Assembly (NCBI GenBank): GCA_030704615.1
Contig: CM060732.1
Span: forward strand, 11,594,001 to 11,658,000
Reading direction: 5' to 3'
From: Takakia lepidozioides
Lineage: Eukaryota; Plantae; Bryophyta
DNA: 64,000 bases
Every line of letters begins with the position of its first letter. Within the stretch, counting starts at the first letter, position 1. The notes below the pieces were generated by a model. The model was not told the origin of the DNA, searched no databases, and worked only from the letters and a program-made list of their open reading frames with translations. A program made the position numbers and the translations under genes. Shown here piece by piece: positions 1 to 11,654 of the stretch.

Positions 1-17
1 ACCTCCGGGAGAGCAGG

Positions 18-2109
18 ATGACATGTATGGTATGGCGGAGTTGCCTACCATGGTTGCTCAGACTCCATTGTGGGGCACGAGCAAGGATTTGCAGCGGGAT
101 GCTGATCGACGGGTGCAACAAGCCTGGGTGGAGGCTTTTGTACCGTCAGGAGAGGAGGAGAGTGCGGGGATTGCACCAGGACCACCTCAGTTTGTCTCCA
201 TTGGACACCACACCTATTGTGTGGCAGTATCCGGATGAAGGCATTTGTCTTCTGGACTTGTTTGGCGGGATCAGCACCGGATTGGCTGCTGTGTTACAGG
301 CAGGTGTACGAGTTCGGCGTTACCTGTATGTGGAGAGGGATGAGACTGCACGACGCGTTTCACTTCGCCATGTTGCTCAGTTGGTGCAGCGGTACCCTGA
401 GTTGTTGTCGGTGTCTGCAATTCGTGGATATCAGCAGGCCTTGCCAGACATTTCGTTGCTGGGGGCGCAGGATTTGGAGCGGGTTGGCTCCATTGATCTG
501 GTAGTGGCAGGTTGGCCCTGCCAAGGGCATTCATCAGCCGGGCATGGCAATGGATTGAGCGACGCGAGGCTCGGCTGTGACATGGGCGTGCATGGCCATG
601 CCTTCAGTCCAAAGCCTATCTGATCATGTTTCCCAGCCTAGCATGGCTCCAGCTCTTGGTTGAATGAGTGCGATTCCATCCCAGGCCTACTCTCACAGTA
701 GCATCCTAGCAGCGTCCAGATAATGCCTGTTGTGACACCACACAACCAGTGAGACACTCGTGTGATAAAGGCCCCACTTCATGCGGTCATGCACCATTGC
801 TTAGCAGAGTGTAGGTGTCAGTCATCAGTTTGGATCATACACATGCTACGCCCCTGCATGATGCATTCAACGTGCTTGCCACCTCTGCCGCAACAACACA
901 TGTTCATGACCGCAACTTCAGTGCAGCACTAGCGATACAGAGACGAAGGCCGGCTGATTCGGATTGTGTGGCGGTGCAAGTATTACTGCCTACTACCATC
1001 GACCAAGCAGCAAATGCGGCTTTCATGGCATGTGTTTAGTTGTATGGCCATCCACGAGCTGGTCAGGTTGGCGCTGGCAGCTAGTGTAGCTGACAGTAGG
1101 ACGTCCATTAGGTGCAAGTTCTTCGAAGAGTTTCACGGAGCTTGCAAGAGTTCTGCATGAGGCGCTTGGGGGTTACTTGGTATGGCAAGGAAACGTGACT
1201 CGAGGTCGGGTCTGTTTGGGAGATGGTGCGGGTTTTGCGCCACTTGCAGCTTCATCAAGCTGTATCTCCAGCATACATCTTGGAGAATGTGCCACTGATG
1301 GGCGATTCTCGGGCCAGGGTGATGGCCAGTGTGCATCAAGTCCGGTCGTGGCTTGGGTCAGCAGTGTTGCTAGATGCAGCTACAGTGGGGTCACGGGCTC
1401 ATCGTCCACGGCTATGGTGGACTAACTTGATGCCACCCGCACTGCTCAAGCGTGCATTTGATGGGGTGCAGTGGCCAGCACATCTCACAGTGGATAACAT
1501 TCTGGACACAAGCGTGTGAGACACGATGACCGTTCGCCTTTGGCAGTGGTCAACAAGGTGGGTCAACCACGAGCAGCATTACCTACACTGCTCAGCTTCC
1601 CAGGATCGCATGCTTTCCGGGATAGTGGACCTGGCCTCCTGTGGGATGCTGAGTTGCAGCAGTTAGTGGAGCCTAATGCTGACGAGCGTGAGCGGGCAAT
1701 GGGTTTTACCACTGGTACCACGGCGGTGTCGTCTCTTTCTGAGGCATCACGTCGTCAAGTGTTGGGGCAAGCAATGGATCTCAATTGCTTGACTTGGATT
1801 ATCAGCTTGGCTCTGGCTGAGCAACGCAGAGTGCGGAGTACACTTTCCTCAATGGTCTCTCTGCCTACCGAGACGGTACAGGCAGTGAGTGGGGGCGAGC
1901 ATGTGAGGACCACGGGGTGCATGCATCCATGGCACACGTGGGAGGTGCTCGAGGTTCAGAGGGAGTTGGCAGCCAAGGCGGCTGTGATGGATGAGGTTGG
2001 GGATTCTTCTCGGGTGGAGGAGGTCCTCAAAGATGAGATGATGGGGCAGGATGAGGCCTTGTCATTGACTGAGCAGGTAGGGAGTACTGCTCAAGAGGTT
2101 GCAACATAG
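18..2109 (+). pseudogene. Retrotransposon-encoded DNMT3-like C5-cytosine methyltransferase domain, interrupted by frameshifts and a ~600-bp insert
   Basis: Motif I LLDLFGGISTG, II YVERD, IV VAGWPCQG, VI YILENV, VIII AHRPRLWWTNL, IX ERERAMGF and X RRQVLGQAM occur in order across ORFs 18-623, 1223-1519 and 1516-2109. Confidence 0.92.
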
Positions 2110-5100
2110 CAACCACTGGACGCGTCCTCTACCTCTAAGCCCACTGGACTTAAGGTTGCAGTTACGGAGGACAATTGGGAGCCTGACATTGGACCCATTG
2201 TCACCGGAGGAGAGTGAGGACGTATACGGCGGTTCCTGAGGGCTTACAAGAATTGCTTTGCCTTCAGTTTGAAGGACTTGGGAGCACTGAAGGGTCAAGA
2301 GATCCGTATTGAGTTGGCCACTGACACGCCAAATCTTTCGGAGACCCTATAGATACATTGACATGGAGACGTCTTTGATTCAAATGAGGACTCAAGATCT
2401 CTGGGAGGCAGGTTTGGTGGAGCTCTCTGGTGGAGAGTATGCTTCAGCCAGAGTGATGCCAGCCAAGAAGGATGTCTATGGCAATTGGACGGAGAGACGT
2501 ATGTGCGGTGATTACCGGCCTGTAAATCATCAGACCAAGTCCGATAAGTATGCCATGCCAACACCAGAGGAGATCTTTGATGCCATCGGGCATGCTAAGG
2601 CCTTTAGCACTTTGGATTTACGATCCGGATATCACCAATTGTCAATCAAGGAGGCGGACAAGCAGAAGACGGCATTCTGGGGGATCAATGAGCACGGCAA
2701 GGATTGCCTATATCAGTGGCGGTTCTTACCATTTGGGCTTAAGAATGCCCCTGCAGAGTTTCAGAGAGTCATGGATAGGATTCTAGCAGGGGTGGACTTT
2801 GCTCGGTGCTACATAGATGACATCATCATCTTTAGTGTTACGATGGAGGAGCATGAGAGACACCTTCAGGTGGTATTGGAGCGCTTGAGAGCGCACGGAT
2901 TGAAGTTGCATCCGGGGAAGTGCAAGTTTTTCCACAACCAGATTGAGTATCTGGGTCACATGATATATCCTGGAGGATTGGGGGTACAACAGACTAAGGT
3001 AGAGGCCATTGCACAAATTCCACGCCCCATGGATGTGAGCCGAGTTCGAGCTTTCATGGGGTTGGCAAACTATTATAGACGGTTTGTCAAGGGATTTAGT
3101 ACCATTGCAAAGGCTCTAACCAAGCTGACCAAGGTGGACCAGGAGTGGCAGTGGGAAGATGAGCAGGAACGAGCTTTTCAAGAGCTCAAGGCGAGGTTGA
3201 CCTCGGCGCCTATCTTGAGACGACCTATCAGGGGGCGTCCCTTTCAGCTGCATACGGATTGGAGCATGCTGGGGCTTGGAGCGGTGCTCACACAGGTGGA
3301 TGATGAGGGAAGAGAGTTCGTAGTGGCTTACGCTAGCCGCTCGAACAACGCTGCAGAGGCTAAGTACAGCTCATATGAGGGAGAGTGCTTAGCTGCAGTG
3401 TGGGCCGTGGCACACTTCAGGTGCTATCTATACGGCAATCTTTTCACCCTTGTCACGGATCACCAGCCACTCAAGTGGTTGATGGAGTCAGACAAGCTTA
3501 CGGGGAAGCTTGCATGGTGGGCACTTATACTCCAAGAGTATGACTTTCAGGTTGTGCATCGACCGGGTTTGGTCAATCGGGATGCGGATGGATTGAGTCG
3601 CAATCCATGCATGAGCCAGCAGGATGACACTGGAGCTCGGTGGCATGGTGAGACGGACGAGGAGATGGTGCCGGGATGGCACGCATCTGCATTTTTGTGT
3701 ATCTTGGCATCGGGAGGTCAGATTGGACCTACAACAGGGATGACTGTAGACGCAGTGTCTGAGGACCCTGAGGTTAGTGATGAGCTAGGTGGTGCCAGAG
3801 ATATACATGAGGATTCGGCTGTGTTGGACTACCTCCGTACGGGAGACACGACAGCCATTGTGACTGCCAGGGAGAGGGATCGGATCCTACAACGAGCCAA
3901 GAGGTTCAAGTGGGAGGGGATACACCTACTTCGAGTGTGGGAGGATGGTCGGGTGAGGATTGTGCCTCATCCCACACAGCGTGCAGGGTTAGTGCGGCAT
4001 GCCCATGAGGAGTTGGGGCATTTTGGAGTGCGACTCACTCATAGTTTACTGCAGGGGCAGTATTGGTGGCGTGGTATGCATACAGAGGTGCAACAGTTCG
4101 TGGCTAGGTGCATGGTGTGTGATAGGGTGCGTGCTTCATTCAACGCCCCTACACCACAGTTGCATCCTTTACCAATCATGGGATTGGGCTACAGGTGGAG
4201 TCTTGACTTCGCAGGACCGTTGCCTTTGACTATGCGCCACCACAGATATGTGTTGGTGATGGTGGAGCACTTCTCCAAGTGGATTGAGTTGGTTCCATTG
4301 CCTGACAAGGCTAGTGAGGGGGCTGCGTATGCATTCTTGGATCGTGTGCTTAGCCGATTCGGTGCTCCAGCTGAGGTACTCACGGACCAAGGGAGAGAGT
4401 TCTTGGGGGAGTTTCAGGCTTTGTGTGATAAAGCCTTGATAGACCACCGCACCACTTCTCGGGATCATCCTGAGGCCGATGGCTTAGCAGAGAGAGTTGT
4501 TCAGACGGTGAAGAGGGGTTTGCGCAAGTATGGCTTGCAGAAGGGACACCTAGGAGATTGGGATCTTCAGGTTCCTTGGTTAGCCATGGGCTACAGGTTT
4601 AGCAAACAAGCATCACTTGCCTCCTTCTCACCATATTTCCTTCTCTTTGGCCGAGAGCCGGATCTGCCTGCAGCCATTCGTAGGGACACTGCTCAAGTCC
4701 TTAACCTTGACGATTCGGACGTGTGGGTACGTGCATGTGATCAGCGTGCAGAGTTGTTCAAGAAAGTCATGCCCATGGCTTTTGAGAACCTTGCCATTGC
4801 ACAACACCGTGATACGTTGAGGTATGCCACTATACGTGGTGGAGGATATCGTCCTGGGGTTCGGAGGTTTAGCCCTGGTGACTATGTTTATTTGCAGCAC
4901 ACTGCTCCTACGACTCTGGATGTTACTGCAGGGCGTGTTATTCTGAGGGTTCGAGAGGTGTTGCCCTCAGGGGTCCTGATCTTGGAGGGTCGGGATGGCA
5001 TGACTTGGAAGGACCATGTGCGTAATTGTGCGCCATGTCACCTTCCCAATGTCGATGGCAGAGTTGACCCAAACTTGGCAGTGGTACCTGCAGGTTTGAG

Positions 5101-5245
5101 GTGCATGCTCTGTGGGTCTGCCAAAGGGGCAGCCACCATGCTGGTGTGTGATCGATGCTCAAGGGGTTGGCATATGGGATGCTTGACACCACCTCTTGAG
5201 AAGGTTCCTGACGGAGATTGGTTGTGTCCACACTGCTTGGGATAG
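2110..5245 (+). CDS. pol: Pol: reverse transcriptase, RNase H, DDE integrase, C-terminal PHD finger
   Basis: RT LDLRSGYHQ, PFGLKNAP, YIDD; RNase H TDWS/YEGE/TDH/DADGLSR; integrase HHCC (HEELGH..CMVC), SLDF, TDQG, AER; PHD at 5102-5236. Open from 2309; the N-terminal part (2110-2340) has one TGA and one 1-nt indel. Confidence 0.95.
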
Positions 5246-5490
5246 TGGCAGTGGACATGATTGGAGGCAGCTAACAAGACATGGGAGGCCAAGCTCATAG
5301 GAGTCAATACATGAGATCCCAAGCTCAAGTTCACAGGTTGCAAGACGGCGACTAAAGATGGGGCAACTCTTGCACCTGGCCTCTTGATCTATCGAGTTTG
5401 AGTGTAGTAGGGATAGTGGTGGAGGACTTAGTGAGGCTATGGTCACTATCACATCTTGTGGCTACCTGGACTTAGAGGGACCTAAGCACT

Positions 5491-5505
5491 AGCTAGGGGG
5501 GCGAT
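5491..5505 (+). promoter_or_regulatory. Polypurine tract-like plus-strand primer site
   Basis: AGCTAGGGGGGCGAT directly before the TGT start of repeat A; same sequence at 42450-42464 in copy 2. Confidence 0.75.
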
Positions 5506-6169
5506 TGTGTGGACTAGTGACTGCCATAGTTGGGCAGCCTAGTGACTGACTAGTTGTAGCCTAGTGGTTGGACTAGTGGCTGGACTAGTGGTGGACTAGT
5601 GGTATACTAGTGTGTGGTGTGCACATGTGTTGTGTGGTTTTGGACAGCGATGTAGTTGTGTAGCGATATGTATGCGCACGACAGCTGTCAAGTTATTTTA
5701 CCACTAGTGTGAAACTAGCTAGGAAATAGCTAGCTTTTACATATTGACATTTGGGATTGGCCCAAGTATCAATCCAGGGGTCAAGACAGATTTAGGCCCT
5801 GGAGTGGTTATCTTCACGGCAAGCGCGGAAGGCTCATCTTTCTCGAGTTGAGCCTCACCGCGCCTAGCTATGGCGCCGTAGTGTGGATTCCCCATGGCGT
5901 GGGGTGCACTTGGCTTGACTTGTATTTGAGTGATGAGGTTATATATGCATGAGTTTATGCTTCAGATTTGTGAGCTCGTGCTTGTATTCTTCTTCTTTAT
6001 CATTGTGTGGACTAGTGACTGCCATAGTTGGGCAGCCTAGTGACTGACTAGTTGTAGCCTAGTGGTTGGACTAGTGGTGGACTAGTGGTATACTAGTGTG
6101 TGGTGTGCACATGTGTTGTGTGGTTTTGGACAGCGATGTAGTTGTGTAGCGATATGTATGCGCACGACA
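5506..6169 (+). repeat. Split terminal repeat block of copy 1: A1 5506-5683, B 5686-6002, A2 6004-6169
   Basis: A1 and A2 match except for one extra 12-bp GGACTAGTGG-type unit in A1; A/B junction GACA-GC-TGTC; B ends in TATCA. Confidence 0.93.
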
Positions 6170-6365
6170 TCTCCCTTCTACTTGTGCTTTCATGATGAGT
6201 TTCAATGTTCTCTGCAGCTCCACTATAGAAGAATCTGTCATGATCGACACCGATCATCACCGATTCGTGATAAAAATGATTGTTTTATGCCTGAGTTCTG
6301 AATAGCCGATGTACACACTTCCACTATAGATTGTGTTTACCACACTAACCTGCTATCTTTGGCAG

Positions 6366-6840
6366 ACGAGGATGTTCGAGGCGATCTGCCTGCGGAGGAT
6401 TCGCACCTCAAAGACACCATCCTCCATCTGCAGCTTTGAGATTTCTGACCAGGGTTGTTTCGTCAACCCCCCCTATGAGCCGCATATCGATGACATTTTG
6501 TACAACTTCATGCAGTCTAGTCAGACTCTGAAGAGACCACATGACACTCCCTAGAGAGGTGCAAAGGAAAAATCCCCAGCGTTCATGCAAATACTGCTGG
6601 AGTCATGCAGCCACCACTCTGCACGGGTGGTCGATCTTTCTATGTCCACAGGTTCGTTCTCTCCCTTCCGAATTGGTTTTCTTTCACCAGTTCCATCTGC
6701 TTAAATCCCCCCCACCAAACTGTTCATGTCCTCCTGTCTGGTGCAGGAGCAACTTACCATGCATGCAAGGTAGGCGGAAGAAGCCTTTTTGGCATGGAGG
6801 GTGATTCTGACCTCTACAACACAGTGCTCCTCCCCCTTTT
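6366..6840 (+). pseudogene. Possible beta-class amino-(N6A/N4C) DNA methyltransferase-like relic, spliced
   Basis: Removing a GT..AG intron (~6652-6746) gives P*RGAKEKSPAFMQILLESCSHHSARVVDLSMSTGATYHACKVGGRSLFGMEGD, resembling motifs X-I-II (QKP..L..LI...S.....VLDPF.GSGTT..AA...GR..IG.E.D); in-frame TAG at 6552-6554. Confidence 0.5.
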
Positions 6841-7986
6841 GTCTGGCTCCACTTCAGGCACATAGACTGATCGGATTCAAATTCGAAATGATGACGATCC
6901 TGAAGATAAGCAGGTCGACAACGACTTTTCATGTGAGTAAGTGCTAAACCCACTTTGGGAGTCATACTCAATTTCTCAATAACATCAAAGTTAAAGTAAT
7001 AACTTTTTCGGGCTGTCTTTCAGGAAAGGCAGCGGTGGATCTTTAGGAGATACTGTCATTTGTGGCGAGTCTATTTTCGACAGCCCCCTTTCCAATTTTC
7101 TGCTTCCTGATTATGCCGAAGCAATGGCACTTCATGCGGCCGAGTCCCTATCCCCTGAATTTTTACTGCCCGGCCCTAGGTGTAGCCAGCGTAGATCCGG
7201 AGTTCTGAAATACTTAGACTTAGATGCAGAGGAAGCGGGGATACATTGTACTGACTCTGAGTCAGACTGAACTATGTTCTTTTAATATTCTGTTTCATCC
7301 TCTTTGGAAAACGTTGAATCCCCTTCCTCCACCGTAGTTGTTCCTTTGGAAAGAAAAATAATCAAAGAATCAACTACCATTTAAATTGCAATATGTATGT
7401 ATCCATCTCACAAACCTCCCTCACTCTTGTCATATCCATTGTGCTTTCATCTACAGTGTATTCATGCGTGCTCCATTCATGAATGTTTTCCTTTGTTCAA
7501 CATCCATTGTACATTCATCCTCTGTACTCTTTAATCCACCCCACAAACCTACCACACTCATGTCATGTACGTTGTGCATTCGTCTAAAGTTTTAGTCATG
7601 CATCTTCCTGTCATGAATGTTTTTCATTGCTCAACATCCATTATACATTCATCCATTTGACTCTTATTCATCCCTCATTCATCCATCTACATTCATTTTT
7701 CACACTCATCCATCTGTTTATCATCCAACTATACATTCATCCATCCTTTATTCATCTGTTGCTTTCAGGTGGGAATGACCACTGCTTTTTATTATGTCGT
7801 CCAGCTTGTTTCCGCGGTAAAGGGTGCCAATCCGCGGGAATACACTCCACTTCTTCTTGGGCGCGTGGTGACGCGGTCTTCAAGTGTGATGACGTGGAGT
7901 GAGCCCCGTGATGTGGCATTGGCGCAAGGTGATGTGGCGTGAGCGCAGTTGCGCTCACGCGCTCATGTGACCAGGCTCACGCCGAG

Positions 7987-8047
7987 GCATCCCTGCTGCA
8001 CATACCTTGCAATCATGGCACTCCAAAACACCACATCTCGTTCAGCC
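7987..8047 (-). pseudogene. Isolated PPR motif fragment
   Basis: Minus strand reads AERDVVFWSAMIARYVQQG, similar to the repeats at 8620-9490. Confidence 0.65.
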
Positions 8048-8619
8048 ACCTCTCTTGATCCTCTTTCAGAAGCTGTGGTCATGGTTGAGGTGTCTGATTT
8101 TATCAACTGTGCCGTTGCAGCTACTACCTTTAGTTGACCATCTACCCATGCAGCAGGTTTCTTATAGCTATTGATTCACATGGAATCATAGGTAATTTGG
8201 AGCTTGAAGTCCGGCCCTCTTGGATGAATCTGGACCCACACTCTATCCCTGCTCCTTCAGCTATCCATGCCGCTGCACAAATCATGCATACATCCTTGCC
8301 TTGCTGCTAGCACCTGACAATGACAGCCTATATTTGTTCTAGGAAACACCCAACTCAACTTATCACTATGGTCAATTGCATCTGCTACTCTATGTAATCC
8401 AACAGGCATTCACCTTTTTGCCTTGATTGTCCCACCATTGACTGGGGTGAGAAAAGTATTCATTCCACAGCTTCTCCTCGTCTCAGCTGTTACCTATTTC
8501 TGGATACTTCCCTATTGTCACATTGGCAGTACCATGTCAAAGTCACTCCAAACTATCAAAGGTTCACTCAACTAGCTAACTTGCAGAATTCAACACATTC
8601 CTTCAACTAGTTGCAGGAC

Positions 8620-9490
8620 CTCCCTATGACACCATGCTGGGCTTATCCTGCGATCATTGTGTTCCACGACACCACATTTCGTTCAGCCATATTATCAAAT
8701 ACTCCCTTTACATCCTCAATGCACCCACATTTCACATACATGTCCACCAGGGCAGTGTCCAGATTAACACTTGGTACAATTCCAACTTTGATGATGTCAC
8801 CATGCACCTCTTTGCCCTTTTCCAGAGCAGCCAAGCTTGCACAAGCATTGCAAATGCACACAAACGTGATGTGGTCGGGCTCACCCCTTCCCCCATCATT
8901 TGATCATAGGTCTCCAAAGCCTCCATACCACGTCCCTCTTGTGCATACCCTGCAAGCATCGCGTTCCATGACACCACATCTCGTTCAGCCATAGTGTTGA
9001 ACCCTCCCTTTGCGTCCTGAATGCACCCACATTTGGCATACGTGTCTAGTGTTCAGAATGACATCTGGTACAATTCCAGCTTTGACAATGTTACCATAGA
9101 CCTCTTTCCCCTTTTCCAGAGCTGCTAGGCAGTGTTCAGAATGACATTTGGTACGATTCCAGCTTTGATGATATCCTCATGCACCTCTTTGCCCTTCTCG
9201 AGGGCTGCCAGGTTTACACAAGCATTGCAAATACATACAAACACGACGTGACCGGTCTTCACCCTTTCCCCCATCATTTGCGCATAGGTCTCCAAAGCCT
9301 CCATCCCACGTCCCTGTTGTGCATACCCTGCAAGCATCGCACTCCACGACACCACATCTCGTTCAGCCATAGTGTTGACCACTCCCTTGGCATCCTCAAT
9401 GCACCCACATTTTGCAAACATGACCTCTTTCCCCTTTTCCAGAGCTGCCAGGCAGTGTTTATAATGACATTAGGTACAATTCCAGCTTTG
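8620..9490 (-). pseudogene. PLS-class pentatricopeptide repeat gene relic
   Basis: Repeated P-L-S triplets (MAERDVVSWNAMLAGYAQ, CNACASLAALEKGKEVH, TALVDMYVKCGCIEDA) with deletions and frameshifts. Confidence 0.88.
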
Positions 9491-9496
9491 AACAAG

Positions 9497-10018
9497 GCAC
9501 GGCCTTCTAAGACCAAGTTGACTCTCTCTCTTGCACCAACGAGCTAACTTACAGATTTCAATATGCATATCAGGCCCGAGTCTGATAAGAGGGCAAAACA
9601 GGCTGAAATAGGTTGAAGAAGAAGGTGCCCTCACGGCCTGCTAAGACCAAGCTAACTCTCTCTCTTGCACCAACGAGCTAACTCACAAAATTCAATATGC
9701 ATATCAGGCCTGAGTCTGATAAGAGGGCAAAACAGGCTGAAATAGGTTGAAGAAGAAGGTGCCCTCACGGCCTGCTAAGACCAAGCTGACTCTCTCTCTT
9801 GCACCAACGAGCTACCTCACATAATTCAATATGCATATCAGGCCCGAGTCTGATAAGAGGGAAAAACAGGCTGAAATAGATTGAAGAAGAAGGTGCCCTC
9901 ATGGCCTGCTAAGACCAAGCTGACTCTCTCTCTTGCACCAATAGCTAACTTACAGAATTCAATATGCATATCAGGACCGAGTCTGATAAGAGGGCAAAAC
10001 AGGCTGAAATAGGTTGAA
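9497..10018. repeat. Tandem repeat, 134-bp unit, about 4 copies
   Basis: CTAAGACCAAG recurs at 9507, 9641, 9775 and 9909. Confidence 0.9.
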
Positions 10019-10039
10019 TCAGGAAATGAATCAGCAGGC

Positions 10040-10985
10040 TGCTAAGACTCCCAAGAACCTTGTAAACATCAGGAAGAATACCAAATCATGGTACTAACAG
10101 GAGCCAAAAGCCCACATTTGCAGGATGGACAAACTTCTTCACATCCTACATTAAGGAAAAGCCACACCTTGCGATTGCGATTGTTCCACCATCGGCAAGG
10201 ATCGGTAAAAAACTCATGCAAGCTCTGAAATAGGTCGAAGAAGAAGTTGCCCTCACCACATTGTCCTCGACCTTGTGTCATGACCCACGGAGGATTTTAC
10301 TCCCCATGAACCCAAATGGACCTCTTGTGTGTGCTAATTGTGTATGTAGTCTGGTAATGGCGGATTGGTCCATGAGAACCACCACAGTGCAGCTGAGCGA
10401 GCAGAGATTGAAACATGACCTTGAAACACGACCTGCTAAGACCAACCTGAATCTCCCAAGAACCTTGTAAACATCAGGAAGAATATGAAATCATGGTATG
10501 TCTAACAGGAGCCAAGAGCCCGCATTTGCAGGATGGACAAACTTCTTCACATCGTACATTGAGAAAAAACAACACCTTGTGATCGCGATTGTCCCACCAT
10601 CGTGCACGCCTTCATGCCTTGATTCTAGGGCTTGAGTCCCTGTCTGCCCCCTATCCCACCAGCTCCACTCGTCATCGTACATTGAGAAAAAGCCACACCT
10701 TGCAATCGCGGTTGTCCCACCATCGTGCATGCCTTCATGCCCCGATTCTAGGGCTTGAGTCCCTATTTGTCCCCTATCCCACCAGCTCCGCTCGTCATTG
10801 TACATTGAGAAAAAACCACACCTTGCAATCGCGGTTGTCCCACCATCGTGCATGCCTTCATGCCCCGATTCTTGGTCTTGAGTCCCTGTCTGCCCCTATC
10901 CCACCAGCTCTGCTCGTCGTCTCTGATGATCAGACTCGACACTATAAGAAAACAAACACAGCTCTGTCCTATTTGTCTCTCACGA
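10040..10985. repeat. Modular dispersed repeat, including three ~125-bp tandem units that contain a SEC13 N-terminal fragment
   Basis: Blocks shared with 11655-12370 and 19655-19970; minus strand reads GTQALESGHEGMHD in the tandem units. Confidence 0.75.
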
Positions 10986-10989
10986 TTAA

Positions 10990-11173
10990 ATATTACACGT
11001 GGATTACTCAGTGGTTGAAACCACTTCCAACCACTCCATATGATGCCACCCGTGGCATTTCATGGGAATTAACCACTGGCCAGTGGTTACCATTACTTGG
11101 AGTGATTTATAGAGTGGTAAAAGACAAGAATGATTAAGGAGGCCAGTGGTTATTCCGCGTTTTCCTTCTAGTG
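10990..11173. mobile_element. Possible CACTA transposon terminus
   Basis: Ends in GTTTTCCTTCTAGTG (reverse CACTA) with repeated ACCACT/AGTGGT subterminal motifs. Confidence 0.4.
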
Positions 11174-11654
11174 TAGTGGACAAAGATTTTGGTCTGTAAA
11201 TGGAAACTCCCCACCCACATGGCCACCCTGAATGCTAAGTAGCGGATACAAGGTGAGTGGGTGTAGAGGTGAGGCCATCTTGATTGTTTTCCAGTCTTTG
11301 TTTAATCCTGGGAGAACCATTGATAAATTTTCAGTGCTATTGTTGGATCAGGCCTTTGTTGATTGATAATGACATTGAAATGCCCTGTTGTCTGAAGCCA
11401 TGCTTGTGGAGCTTCAGTGGTTGTAGCCTGGTGTATACAAGGTTGTGGTTAAAGCTATTGCTGCTCAGCTGCACACTTGGGGATTTCACAGCGAAGTCCA
11501 AGATCGCCACACTTCAAATATGAGCATACACAGGAGGTTATTTGGTAAAGTAAAGCTAGCTACCAGGATGCAAGGTCAAGCACAATGGAATGGTGAATGG
11601 ATACTACACTGTGGCTTTGATTCTGCTATGAGCAGCCTAGAAGAGACAAATGCA

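Larger units (their letters stand above)
1..6169 (+). mobile_element. Ty3/Gypsy-type retrotransposon copy 1 (DNMT-RT-RH-IN-PHD, split direct repeats); 5' part lies outside the window
   Basis: Domain order RT-RNaseH-integrase; purine tract at 5491-5505; terminal repeats A(5506-5683)-gc-B(5686-6002)-t-A(6004-6169) ending in CGACA; colinear with the copy at 31048-42985. Confidence 0.95.

Noticed and set aside
18-2109. Host DRM/DNMT3 gene or bacterial restriction-modification methylase
   Set aside because: It is intronless, sits at the same position before RT in two separate element copies, and has no host-type N-terminal domains or partner nuclease
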